Source: Gammaproteobacteria bacterium (GTDB taxonomy: Bacteria; Pseudomonadota; Gammaproteobacteria; Pseudomonadales; Oceanobacteraceae). Taken from it: a DNA stretch of 64,000 nucleotides. Below, in pieces: positions 27,509-37,234 of the stretch (position 1 is the first letter of the stretch; every line of letters starts with the position of its first letter). Both the position numbers and the translations under genes were made by a program. The notes under the pieces are model-generated. The model saw only the letters and a program-made list of their open reading frames with translations. It searched no databases and was not told where the DNA came from. The stretch spans positions 11,845 to 75,844 of the forward strand of contig JABXIK010000075.1 of NCBI GenBank assembly GCA_013373125.1, in the 5' to 3' direction.

Positions 27509-29113
27509 ATGCGCCGCTGGAATGGTTGGGGTGATGATGGTTTTGAAATGGCCACCCCAGAAAATGGTATTCGCTATTTAAATAGTAAAGTGGCGGCCGG
27601 TACTGTGTTGCCGGATGCTGATTTACAAGATGTGTGTGCGCAAGTGCCTGCCACCAGATTGCCTCAGCATCCGTTAATTAGCACTAAAGCCGAAGATCGT
27701 GTGCGTCATGCGCGTGGCCAAAGTTTGCCAGATTGGTTAGCAATGCGAAGCGGTGATTTTGGTGTATTCCCTGATGGTGTGAGCTTTCCGCAAAGCACTG
27801 AACAAGTGGAAGAGTTACTACAGTTTGCGTATTTGCATGATATCGAAGTCATTCCTTATGGTGGGGGGACCAGTGTGGCGGGGCATATTAATCCGCTGCA
27901 AAGTGAGAAACCTGTGTTGACCATCGACATGGGTCACATGAATACCTTGTTAGATTTAAATACCGATAGCCAAATCGCAACGTTTGGTGCAGGTGTGCCT
28001 GGCCCTCAAGTGGAAGCCCAGTTGCGTGCGAGGGGTTACACCTTGGGCCACTTCCCGCAATCGTGGGAGTTGTCTACGTTAGGTGGTTGGGTGGCGAGCC
28101 GTTCTAGTGGTCAGCAGTCTTTGCGTTATGGCCGCATCGAGCAAATGTTTGCTGGTGGCACCATGGTTACGCCAAAAGGACGATGGGATATTCCTACCAT
28201 TCCTGCATCATCTGCAGGGCCTGATGCGAGAGAAATGGTGTTAGGTAGTGAAGGCCGCATGGGCATCATTACCGAAGTGAAAGTACGTGTTACGCCTTTA
28301 GCTCAACAAGAAACGTTTTATGCTGTGTTCTTACCGAGCTTTGAAGCCGCAAAAAATGCAGTACGAAACATCGTACAAAACAAAATTCCGCTTTCTATGT
28401 TACGTGTGAGTAACGCGCTTGAAACAGAAACCCAGCTAAAATTAGCCGGACATGAAACGTTAATTGCATGGCTTGAACGTTACTTGTCATTGCGTGGCGT
28501 GGGAGAAGGAAAGTGCTTGTTAACCTTTGGTGTAACCGGTAACAAACAACAAAACAAAGTTTCTCTTAAGCAGGCGTTTAAAATATTTAAACAGTTTGGG
28601 GGCGTTAAAGGCCCGGCAATGATGGGCGAAAAGTGGGCGGAGAATCGCTTTAAATTCCCTTATTTGCGTGAAAACTTATGGCTTGAAGGCTATGCGGTGG
28701 ATACGTTTGAAACCGCAACCGACTGGCATCGCGTAACCGATTTAATGAACGCCATGGAAGACAGTGTGCGCACAGCGCTGAGTGAAGAGGGCATTGTGCC
28801 TCATGTTTATACTCACTTGTCGCACATGTACACCCAAGGTTGCAGCATCTACACAACTTATGTGTTTCCAAATGCGGACAGCTATGAAGCGACTCTTGAG
28901 CGTTGGAAAAAAATCAAACACGCTGCCAGTACCACAGTGGCAAACGGTCATGCCACCATTAGTCACCAACATGGTGTAGGTAAAGATCATGCGCCGTATA
29001 TGCCAGCTGAAAAAGGCGAACTGGGTATGCACAGTATTCAAGTGTTGGTCGATGGCTTTGACCCCAAACAATTACTCAATCCGGGCACGCTGTTAGAGCG
29101 TCACCCTAAGTAA
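27509..29113 (+). CDS. Alkylglycerone-phosphate (alkyl-DHAP) synthase-like FAD oxidoreductase
   Basis: PYGGGTSV, GHFPQSWELSTLGGWVASRSSG, HMYTQGCSIY and SHQHGVG parallel the eukaryotic AGPS motifs. Confidence 0.88.
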   Translation: MRRWNGWGDDGFEMATPENGIRYLNSKVAAGTVLPDADLQDVCAQVPATRLPQHPLISTKAEDRVRHARGQSLPDWLAMRSGDFGVFPDGVSFPQSTEQVEELLQFAYLHDIEVIPYGGGTSVAGHINPLQSEKPVLTIDMGHMNTLLDLNTDSQIATFGAGVPGPQVEAQLRARGYTLGHFPQSWELSTLGGWVASRSSGQQSLRYGRIEQMFAGGTMVTPKGRWDIPTIPASSAGPDAREMVLGSEGRMGIITEVKVRVTPLAQQETFYAVFLPSFEAAKNAVRNIVQNKIPLSMLRVSNALETETQLKLAGHETLIAWLERYLSLRGVGEGKCLLTFGVTGNKQQNKVSLKQAFKIFKQFGGVKGPAMMGEKWAENRFKFPYLRENLWLEGYAVDTFETATDWHRVTDLMNAMEDSVRTALSEEGIVPHVYTHLSHMYTQGCSIYTTYVFPNADSYEATLERWKKIKHAASTTVANGHATISHQHGVGKDHAPYMPAEKGELGMHSIQVLVDGFDPKQLLNPGTLLERHPK

Positions 29114-29132
29114 ATATTGGAATAGGAATATC

Positions 29133-30725
29133 ATGGATACATGGCAGTCACCTGAACGTCTACAAACGCTAGCAACCATTAAGCGTACAACGCAGTGGGA
29201 TATGTTAGTGATTGGCGGTGGTATTACGGGTGTGGGGATTGCGCGTGAAGCTGCGCGCCAAGGATTGTCCGTTTTACTGTTGGAGCAAAAAGATATTGCG
29301 TGGGGGACGTCCAGTCGTTCCTCAAAAATGGTCCATGGTGGCTTACGATATTTAGCTTCAGGCAATTTAAAGTTAACCAGCCACTCAGTGAAAGAACGCG
29401 AGCGCTTAATGGATGAAGCGCCGGGCTTGGTGGATTTAATGGCATACAGCTGGCCTCATTACAAAGGGCAGTTTCCTGGGCCTAAAGTATTTTCGATTTT
29501 ATTGGCTTTGTATGATCGCTTTGCTGGGCAAAAGTATCGTCACTTTATTGATAAGCAAGAAGCGCTGTATGAGTTACCCGGCTTAAGTGAAGACGGTTTA
29601 TTAGGCGCGACTCGTTTTGCCGATGCGGTGACGGATGATTCACGTTTGGTCATGCGTGTCTTAAACGAAGCGCATAATGATGGCGCCATCAGTTTGAATT
29701 ACTGCCAAGTAGATGAAATGCAGTATCAAAATGATCGCGTCAGTGGTGTTATTGCAACCGATCAAGTAACTGGTGAGCGTTATGAAATTTCAGCTAATGT
29801 CGTAGTGAGTGCCACAGGTGCTTGGGCAGATAAATTTCGTAAGCAGCTTGGGCAAGAAGGAAAGATTCGCCCATTACGTGGCAGCCATTTAATGATCCCG
29901 GCTTGGCGCTTGCCTTGTGCTCAATCTATTACCCTTAAGCATCCGGTAGATGGACGCAGTATGTTCATTTATCCATGGGAAGGATTAACTGTCATTGGCA
30001 CCACGGATTTGGATCATCCTGAGGTGGATAGTACAGAGCCAAGTATTCAGCCTGCCGAAGTGGATTATTTACTAAAAGCGGCAAATCACCTGTTTCCAAA
30101 ATCGAATTTAGAAAAGACCGATATCGTGGCAACGTTTGCCGGTGTACGCCCCATTGTATCGGGTGGCGCATTGAATCCTTCTTCAGAAAAACGTGATCAC
30201 AGCATTTGGGATGACAAAGGACTCATTACCGTCAGTGGCGGTAAATTGACCACGTTCCGTTTGATTGCATTGGATGTTTTAAAAGCGGCCAGTGTGTACT
30301 TCAAACAGCTGAACTATAAAGATTTAGGTCAACGTATTTTTAATGATGCAAAAGCATCGTCACAACAGTTCTCTTTACTTGAAACACAATGGCAACGTCG
30401 CTTATTAGGCTTTTATGGTCAGCAAATTGATGACGTGTGTGAGTGTGCGCAAGAAGAAGGTTGGGCTTTAGTGCCAGGCACCATGACGTATTGGGCGCAA
30501 GTGCGCTTTGCCGCACGTAGCGAGTTTGTTGTGAATCTAGATGATTTATTACTGCGTCGTACTCGCATTGGCTTGTGTGTGGGCGAAGGTGGTCGAGCGT
30601 TCGAAGAAAAAATAAAACATATTTGTCAGCAAGAGTTGCAATGGGATGACGCCCAATGGCAGCAGCAGTGGCAAAACTATTTGGCCGTTTGGCAGCGTTA
30701 TTATTCGTTGCCAGAAAGTGCATAG
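29133..30725 (+). CDS. Glycerol-3-phosphate dehydrogenase/oxidase family (GlpD2-like)
   Basis: IGGGITG, GTSSRSSKMVHGGLRYL, IGTTD, GVRP and GGKLTTFR motifs. Confidence 0.92.
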   Translation: MDTWQSPERLQTLATIKRTTQWDMLVIGGGITGVGIAREAARQGLSVLLLEQKDIAWGTSSRSSKMVHGGLRYLASGNLKLTSHSVKERERLMDEAPGLVDLMAYSWPHYKGQFPGPKVFSILLALYDRFAGQKYRHFIDKQEALYELPGLSEDGLLGATRFADAVTDDSRLVMRVLNEAHNDGAISLNYCQVDEMQYQNDRVSGVIATDQVTGERYEISANVVVSATGAWADKFRKQLGQEGKIRPLRGSHLMIPAWRLPCAQSITLKHPVDGRSMFIYPWEGLTVIGTTDLDHPEVDSTEPSIQPAEVDYLLKAANHLFPKSNLEKTDIVATFAGVRPIVSGGALNPSSEKRDHSIWDDKGLITVSGGKLTTFRLIALDVLKAASVYFKQLNYKDLGQRIFNDAKASSQQFSLLETQWQRRLLGFYGQQIDDVCECAQEEGWALVPGTMTYWAQVRFAARSEFVVNLDDLLLRRTRIGLCVGEGGRAFEEKIKHICQQELQWDDAQWQQQWQNYLAVWQRYYSLPESA

Positions 30726-30764
30726 TAAACAATAAAAACAAGAAAATAGATTTCAGGTTGATTC

Positions 30765-32324
30765 ATGCAGTCGCAATACATTCTCACCATTGATAATGGC
30801 ACGCAAAGCGTTCGTGCTTTGCTGTTCGACTTACAAGGTCAGTTAATGGCAAAAGGTAAGGTTGAAATAGAACCTTACTTTTCTAAGCAGCCCGGCTGGG
30901 CTGAGCAAGATCCTGAGTATTATTGGCAATGTGCAGGGGAAGCCTGCAAGGCCCTTTGGGCTGAGACAGATATTTCGCCTGAATCGGTAATCGGTGTGGG
31001 GCTGACTACACAACGGGGCACCATGATCAACTTGGATCAAGATGGTAAACCGTTAAGGCCAGCCATTATCTGGTTGGATCAACGTCAAGCTGAAATAGAA
31101 AAGCCTATTTCTGGTTTATGGGGCATTTTGTTTAAAGTTTTGGGCTTGAATCCTGTGATTCATGGATTTCAACGCAAGGCACAAGCTGCATGGATCGAGC
31201 AAAATCAACCGGATATCTGGCATAAAACCCATAAGTTTTTATTGTTAAGCGGCTACTTAACTTATCGCTTAACGGGTGAGTACAAAGATTCTGTGGGGTG
31301 CACGGTTGGGTATTTACCGTTCGATTATAAACATCACAAGTGGGCCGCAAAAAGTGATTGGAAGTGGCAAGTAGCCAACGTTGCAGATGACATGTTGCCA
31401 GAGCTGGTTAAACCCGGTGAACAGCTTGGGCGTTTAACCCAAGACGCAGCTGAGCATTTAGGTTTGCCTGTGGGCTTGCCTTTGATTGCATGTGCATCGG
31501 ATAAGGCGTGTGAAGTGATTGGCAGTGGAGCATTAGACCCACACATTGCCTGTTTAAGTTACGGCACCACGGCTACGATTAATACCACGACAAAAAAATA
31601 CGTGGAGCCTGTGCAGTTTATTCCACCTTATCCAGCGGCAATTCCCAATGCTTACAATACCGAGGTCATGATTTATCGTGGTTTTTGGATGGTGAGTTGG
31701 TTTAAAAAACAATTTGGTTTGCGTGAACAACAAATAGCCGACGATCGAGGTGTCGCCCCTGAAGTGTTGTTTGATGAATTGGTGAATTCGGTTCCGGCGG
31801 GTTCCATGGGGTTGATGTTGCAACCTTATTGGTCTCCGGGTACGCGCATTCCGGGGCCTGAAGCAAAAGGAGCGGTTATCGGGTTTGGTGACGTGCACAC
31901 GCGTGCGCACTTGTATCGCTCTATTTTGGAAGGTTTGGCTTATGGTTTGCGCGAAGGCAAAGAGCGTATAGAAAAGCGCAGTGGCACCAAGATTACAAAA
32001 TTGCGCATCAGTGGTGGCGGTAGTCAAAGTGATGCTGCCATGCAATTAACGGCCAATATTTTTAATTTGCCGGCAGAGCGCCCGAGTACTTACGAAACAT
32101 CAGGCTTGGGTGCAGCGATTAATGTGGCGGTCGGTTTGGGGCGTTATTCAAATTACGAACAAGCCATTGATCAGATGACATCAGTAGGACAGGTGTTTGA
32201 ACCGGATTTTCAAACCAGTCGTTTATATGATCAATTATATAAAAATGTGTATTTGAAAATGTATAAACGCTTACAACCCTTGTATCGGCAAATTAAAGAA
32301 ATCACGGGTTACCCAAAAGCATAA
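30765..32324 (+). CDS. FGGY-family carbohydrate kinase (glycerol-kinase-like)
   Basis: IDNGTQSVRA, PGWAEQDP, SYGTTAT and SGGGSQS motifs. Confidence 0.92.
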   Translation: MQSQYILTIDNGTQSVRALLFDLQGQLMAKGKVEIEPYFSKQPGWAEQDPEYYWQCAGEACKALWAETDISPESVIGVGLTTQRGTMINLDQDGKPLRPAIIWLDQRQAEIEKPISGLWGILFKVLGLNPVIHGFQRKAQAAWIEQNQPDIWHKTHKFLLLSGYLTYRLTGEYKDSVGCTVGYLPFDYKHHKWAAKSDWKWQVANVADDMLPELVKPGEQLGRLTQDAAEHLGLPVGLPLIACASDKACEVIGSGALDPHIACLSYGTTATINTTTKKYVEPVQFIPPYPAAIPNAYNTEVMIYRGFWMVSWFKKQFGLREQQIADDRGVAPEVLFDELVNSVPAGSMGLMLQPYWSPGTRIPGPEAKGAVIGFGDVHTRAHLYRSILEGLAYGLREGKERIEKRSGTKITKLRISGGGSQSDAAMQLTANIFNLPAERPSTYETSGLGAAINVAVGLGRYSNYEQAIDQMTSVGQVFEPDFQTSRLYDQLYKNVYLKMYKRLQPLYRQIKEITGYPKA

Positions 32325-32533
32325 AATAAAATTCTCCAAGGCGATGCAAATCGCCTTTTTTGATTCTTTTCTAATCAATTTTCTAATATTCATTTGTGCA
32401 CTTTTCACATTTTTGCCGATTGTTAAACACAATTTGGCGCATTTGGTGTATTCTTCGCCGCTTTTGAGCTTGGTCAAAATAAGCCATTGGGTTTTTCTTG
32501 ATCAAAAAAACAGCGAAGGAAACCGTGTTTGTG

Positions 32534-34285
32534 ATGGTTAAAAATAAAATAGCGAAATCGATTCAAGCTGGATTGTTGGCATCAGGTCTGCTGACAGCTG
32601 TGTCTTCCCATGGTGTTGAGTTCTTCATGGATGTAGAAGGCAGTTTCACTTCTCAATTATCCATTGGTTCCAGCTGGCGTGTAAGTGATCAAGATGAGCG
32701 CTTGTTAGCACCAGGTAACAATAATGATGGCAATGCGAACTTTGAAAAAGGCGATGCTTTTTCACAAATCTTTAAAGGCAGTCATGACCTGCATTTGCGT
32801 AGCGGTAATCACGGTGTATTTGTACGCGGTAAATATTGGCACGACTTCGCATTAGAAGAGGGTGAATTTGATCATGGTCATTCTGCTAATGGTTTTACAT
32901 CTGAAGAAAAATTAAACGATAAAGAGTTTAATGAGCTTTCAAAGTTTTCAGGCGCTGCGCTTTTAGACGCGTATGTGTACGGCATGTACGAAATCGGTTA
33001 CACACCCATTGATGTGCGTTTAGGTCGCCAAGTGGTGAGTTGGGGCGAAAGCACATTTATTTTAGGCGGTGTGAATTCCATTAACCCTGTGGATGTGAAT
33101 GCGTTTCGTCGCCCAGGTGCTGAGATTAAAGAAGGTTTGTTGCCGGTTAACATGGCGTACGTGAATATTGGTTTAACCGAATTTTTGTCTATGGAAGCCT
33201 TTTATCAATTGGAATTCCAAGAGACGGTAATTCCAGGTTGCGGCACTTACTTCGCGTTTAACGACTACGCCCCAGAGGGTTGTAATCAAGTTATTTTAAC
33301 CTCAGATGCTTTAGCTGGTTTGGGTGATGCTCAGCGTTCTGCAGGTGGTTATGTGATTATTCGTGATGCAAATGGTAACCGCTTGGCTAAGGATGAAGGC
33401 CAGTACGGTATTGCTTTTCGTTATATGAGCGAAGCACTAGGTGATACGGAATTTGGTTTTTATGCCATGAACATTCACAGCCGTTTACCTGTGGTTAATG
33501 GTATTAAATCTGCGACTTGGGGCGCAGCCGCGAGTCCTTCAGATGCAGATCAACTGACAGCCATTAACAATAATAAAGACGGTACTTTTTATTATGTAAC
33601 GTACCCTGAAGATATTCAGTTAGCGGGTTTAAGCTTTTCAACCAATGTAGGCTCCATGGCGGTGTCTGGTGAAATTAGTCATAAAAAAGATGTGCCACTA
33701 CAAATTAACGCCACCATGTTGTTAGGTGCAGGTTTAACGGGTTTGTCTACGTCAACTAAGTTGATGGCGGATGTGGCGGCAACGGCAAACGGTGCGGACT
33801 TTGAAGGCTATCGCTTGTTTGATGTGAGTCAGGCACAATTCACCATGTTGCAATTTTTTGATCGATTCTTAGGTGCAAGCCGCTATACCTTAATTGCAGA
33901 AGCCGGTTACACCTTTATTCATGACTTTGATGAAAGTGATGATGCGATTAAATTCAGTCGTGCGGGTGTATTTGATGGCGAAGAGGGTGGTTTTGTGACA
34001 GAACGCTCTTGGGGCTATCGCGCTCGTTTAGTAGGCGAATATAATAATGCATTTGCAGGTGTGAACTTAAAACCAACCTTGGCGTTTTCTCACGATGTAG
34101 AAGGCTTTGCGCCACAGCCAGGTGGTGCATTTAAAGAAGGTGAACAATCTGTTGGTTTCACTTTGCAAGCTGACTACGCGTCTATGTACAGTGCCAGTGT
34201 GTCTTATACCGAATACATGGGTGGTGATTACAGCCTAACGTCTGATCGTGATTTTGTTTCTGTCAGTATGAGCGTACAGTTCTAA
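32534..34285 (+). CDS. DUF1302-family outer-membrane beta-barrel protein
   Basis: Signal peptide; NDGNANF, GRQVVSWGES, NPVDVNAFRRPGAEIKE and DRDFVSVSMSVQF (terminal Phe). Confidence 0.88.
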   Translation: MVKNKIAKSIQAGLLASGLLTAVSSHGVEFFMDVEGSFTSQLSIGSSWRVSDQDERLLAPGNNNDGNANFEKGDAFSQIFKGSHDLHLRSGNHGVFVRGKYWHDFALEEGEFDHGHSANGFTSEEKLNDKEFNELSKFSGAALLDAYVYGMYEIGYTPIDVRLGRQVVSWGESTFILGGVNSINPVDVNAFRRPGAEIKEGLLPVNMAYVNIGLTEFLSMEAFYQLEFQETVIPGCGTYFAFNDYAPEGCNQVILTSDALAGLGDAQRSAGGYVIIRDANGNRLAKDEGQYGIAFRYMSEALGDTEFGFYAMNIHSRLPVVNGIKSATWGAAASPSDADQLTAINNNKDGTFYYVTYPEDIQLAGLSFSTNVGSMAVSGEISHKKDVPLQINATMLLGAGLTGLSTSTKLMADVAATANGADFEGYRLFDVSQAQFTMLQFFDRFLGASRYTLIAEAGYTFIHDFDESDDAIKFSRAGVFDGEEGGFVTERSWGYRARLVGEYNNAFAGVNLKPTLAFSHDVEGFAPQPGGAFKEGEQSVGFTLQADYASMYSASVSYTEYMGGDYSLTSDRDFVSVSMSVQF

Positions 34286-34301
34286 TGACAATTTAAAGTA
34301 C

Positions 34302-34335
34302 CAATAAAAAAGGGCCTGTTGGCCCTTTTTTATTG
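34302..34335. terminator. Bidirectional intrinsic terminator
   Basis: Perfect 15-bp inverted repeat CAATAAAAAAGGGCC-TGTT-GGCCCTTTTTTATTG. Confidence 0.92.
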
Positions 34336-34342
34336 TGTGGCA

Positions 34343-35563
34343 TTAAGCGGTTTGCATAACGTCATTTTGTTTTTGAATTTGGTAGAGCCAAATAAAAGAG
34401 ATGATACCTAAAGCCAGTATTGTAAAGCTTAACCAACTTGGGGCAGTGACAACCCAGATCGAGTTGGCGAGTAAGCATGCATATTTAATCAGCTCCAATA
34501 CTAAACTGTGTTTATGATTCTCTTGCATACGACCTAAGCTGTATAAACCTAACGCCAACGTTAAGCCCACAGAAAAATGTTGGTACATGGCCAGCTCTTT
34601 CACGTTATGCATGAGCAAAAATACACCTAATGTCACGACGGCTAATTGTACGATGGCGTACCATTTGGCAGATAGGCTCAGTGGTGTGTCATATTTTTCT
34701 ACGGCCCCATTGCTCTTGATAAGCGGGTATTTGGCTTCCACATCCGCTGGACGATAGCCTGTACGGCGAAACCAAAGCGTGAATTTATCTTTCCAATTAT
34801 TGGTGCGCCAAGCATCTTTGCAAAGGGATGTCACAAAGTGCAGATTCCCCCAGATTGGGTTCCAACTGGCCAGTTGAGTGCTGATGCCAAAAATGACTTT
34901 TTCGTTAACCAATTCCGGTTGGAACGTTCCAAAGATTCGATCCCATAAAATGAAAACGCCGCCATAGTTTTTGTCTACATACACTTTATTTTTAGCATGA
35001 TGAACACGGTGATTACTTGGGGTTACAAAAATAAACTCGTACCAGTTTGGCATTTTATCAATGGCTTGAGTGTGTACCCAAAACTGATAAAGCAAGTTCA
35101 ACGAACCAACGGCCACTAGAACCACAGGCGGGAAGCCCATAAAGGCCAGTGGTATGTAGAATACCCATCCAATGACATTAGGAACGCTGGTTTGGCGTAG
35201 TGCGGTTGTGAGGTTATATTCTTCGCTGGAGTGGTGGATCACATGACTGGCCCAAGAAATATTCATGGTATGGCCAATGCGATGCACCCAGTAATAACTG
35301 AAATCATACAGCACAAATGCGGCTAACCAAGTCCATACATTGCTTTGCCATTCGAACAGGGCAAAGTCTTCATAAAAATACACATAAAATGAAAACGGCA
35401 CGGCTGCATAAAGAATTTGCGTGATGCGACTCATAATGCCCATGGCTAGGGAGTTGATCGCATCATTGAGGCGATACACATTTTGCTTTTTATATGTGGT
35501 CCAAGCGAGCTCAAGCACTATGAGCACAAAGAACACAGGAATGGCCATTAAAATATAATTCAT
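34343..35563 (-). CDS. Alkylglycerol monooxygenase (AGMO/TMEM195)-like di-iron membrane hydroxylase
   Basis: YYWVHRIGH, HVIHHSSEEYNLTTALRQ, QFWVHT, TPSNHRVHH, DKNYGG and WDRIFGTF, plus the AGMO-type C-terminal TM extension (KWYAIVQ...SLG...LELIKY); start moved to 35563. Confidence 0.82.
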   Translation of the reverse strand: MNYILMAIPVFFVLIVLELAWTTYKKQNVYRLNDAINSLAMGIMSRITQILYAAVPFSFYVYFYEDFALFEWQSNVWTWLAAFVLYDFSYYWVHRIGHTMNISWASHVIHHSSEEYNLTTALRQTSVPNVIGWVFYIPLAFMGFPPVVLVAVGSLNLLYQFWVHTQAIDKMPNWYEFIFVTPSNHRVHHAKNKVYVDKNYGGVFILWDRIFGTFQPELVNEKVIFGISTQLASWNPIWGNLHFVTSLCKDAWRTNNWKDKFTLWFRRTGYRPADVEAKYPLIKSNGAVEKYDTPLSLSAKWYAIVQLAVVTLGVFLLMHNVKELAMYQHFSVGLTLALGLYSLGRMQENHKHSLVLELIKYACLLANSIWVVTAPSWLSFTILALGIISFIWLYQIQKQNDVMQTA

Positions 35564-35673
35564 CGTTATTCTCGTTATTATTTTGATGAGTTTATCTTTG
35601 TAGATTGGACTGAAACCCACAATGACCCTAGGGGTCACATAGTGATCCTAGGTGCCATTTATGGGGTTTAAGG

Positions 35674-36243
35674 TCATATTGGCTTGGTATTGAGGTGGCG
35701 ACTGCTTAAAGTGATCAGAACGTAAAAGCTGCTTAAACACAGGTGGAAGACCCCAATTCGCAGGCTTTCATCTTGAATGATGGCGCCCCAGACAAGGGTG
35801 CTAAGTAACAAGATAACTCCGGCTATCCCCATGTAGAGTGCTTGCATATTCTGACGAACCTTAAAGATCAAAACCAAGCTGAGTATCACGATATAGGCAT
35901 CGCTGATGATGCCGATTGGGGTTAAGTAGTTAATTACAGTGAAGATGAGCGCAAGGCCCACCAAACCATAGGGCAGAGCTCTAGGCGTTAGAGTTTGCCA
36001 GAGTAGAGCGATAAGGAAGCTGGCCATGGCGAAGTGTTTGCCCGCAAAGCTCAGTTCTTTGTGCCACTCTAGAGTATTGGCAAGTTCGAGATAACGTAGT
36101 AAACCCATAACTGCTGCACCAAAGGTGATGCCTAAAGCGACATAGATTAGTGGGTGACGTTTTTGTTGGGCGCCTTGTTTTGCTGAAAATAATAAGGCGC
36201 TTAATAGCAAGAGTTCAGATAGGCCGGCAATGTACATAATCAT
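35674..36243 (-). CDS. Hypothetical polytopic membrane protein (about 6 TM)
   Basis: Almost entirely hydrophobic 189-aa ORF. Confidence 0.8.
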   Translation of the reverse strand: MIMYIAGLSELLLLSALLFSAKQGAQQKRHPLIYVALGITFGAAVMGLLRYLELANTLEWHKELSFAGKHFAMASFLIALLWQTLTPRALPYGLVGLALIFTVINYLTPIGIISDAYIVILSLVLIFKVRQNMQALYMGIAGVILLLSTLVWGAIIQDESLRIGVFHLCLSSFYVLITLSSRHLNTKPI

Positions 36244-36296
36244 CTCTTATTTTTATTTATTGCCAGCCTACTGGGCTTTGGAATATAAGAATAGGT

Positions 36297-37232
36297 TTAA
36301 CTTGGCCGAGTTGGGTTGAGTGTGGTTGGAGCCAAGTTGATCAGGTCAGCCAGTGCAACTATGCATATTAAGAAAAGGACTAAGAAACCTAAGCCCATCC
36401 AAAAATAGCGCTTAGCGATGCCAGTTTGATCATCTGTGCCAATGATGTATGGCAAGCCCTTATGTTTTTCCATGATGTGCTGTTCTGGTTGAGACGCTAA
36501 TTGATCTTTAATGTCTTGAGCTTCTAGTTGGGCGGCTAAGCGTACCAATTTCCACTCTTTCATATCTAAAGAGCCGTCGCCATTGCGATCGAAACGCGCT
36601 AACAGTTGATCGTAATCTTTTTTCCAAGTGGCAATGAGTTTATTCACCGCAGAATCGTGTTTGTGAGAATCTATGGCTCTTAGGGTTTTGAAATAACCCA
36701 ATGCATAAATAGGGCTGCTTTCAATAATGAGCTCTTCCGTATATCGATAGTCGCCAAATTGTAAAAAGCTTTCTTTGCGTTTAATACTCAATTCTGTGGG
36801 ATAGGGTGAGCTGCCACTCCAAGTGGATTTTAACGATGTGTGAATGCTGGCGCCTTTAATACTTAGCATGCATTGACCCGTTGGGTCTTCCATTAAAATT
36901 GGGCCTGGATGTTGCCCCCGTTGAATGGTTCGCCAACTGGTGGTTTTGCCATTATCTTCTTTACGTTCGATAGAAAATCGATACCACAGGCAGGGTGTGC
37001 GAGACAGTGGCGATAAAATCGGGTGTTTGAGTGTGCGACCAATGCCTTCGAGTTCAACAAAGCCTTGGGCCGCCGAACGAATTTTAGACGTGGGAGTGTC
37101 TTTAATTAAGCGAGCAATGCGCAGGTGATGCGCGAAAAACCATAAACTGCCAATAGAAAATAAAATGACAAAGGCTAATGCCCCCCAATACACGGGGGGA
37201 TCAAGTTGTTGAACAAATTGAGCTGATAACAT
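36297..37232 (-). CDS. GIDE-domain-like membrane protein with an EF-hand
   Basis: TPTSKIRSAAQGFVELEG...YTEELI pattern; canonical EF-hand loop DRNGDGSLDMKE; TM segments at both ends. Confidence 0.7.
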   Translation of the reverse strand: MLSAQFVQQLDPPVYWGALAFVILFSIGSLWFFAHHLRIARLIKDTPTSKIRSAAQGFVELEGIGRTLKHPILSPLSRTPCLWYRFSIERKEDNGKTTSWRTIQRGQHPGPILMEDPTGQCMLSIKGASIHTSLKSTWSGSSPYPTELSIKRKESFLQFGDYRYTEELIIESSPIYALGYFKTLRAIDSHKHDSAVNKLIATWKKDYDQLLARFDRNGDGSLDMKEWKLVRLAAQLEAQDIKDQLASQPEQHIMEKHKGLPYIIGTDDQTGIAKRYFWMGLGFLVLFLICIVALADLINLAPTTLNPTRPS

Positions 37233-37234
37233 GT

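Noticed and set aside
35674-36243. Lysoplasmalogenase (YhhN/TMEM86) call for the membrane protein next to AGMO
   Set aside because: It would fit the ether-lipid theme, but I cannot see the family's conserved motifs; left as hypothetical
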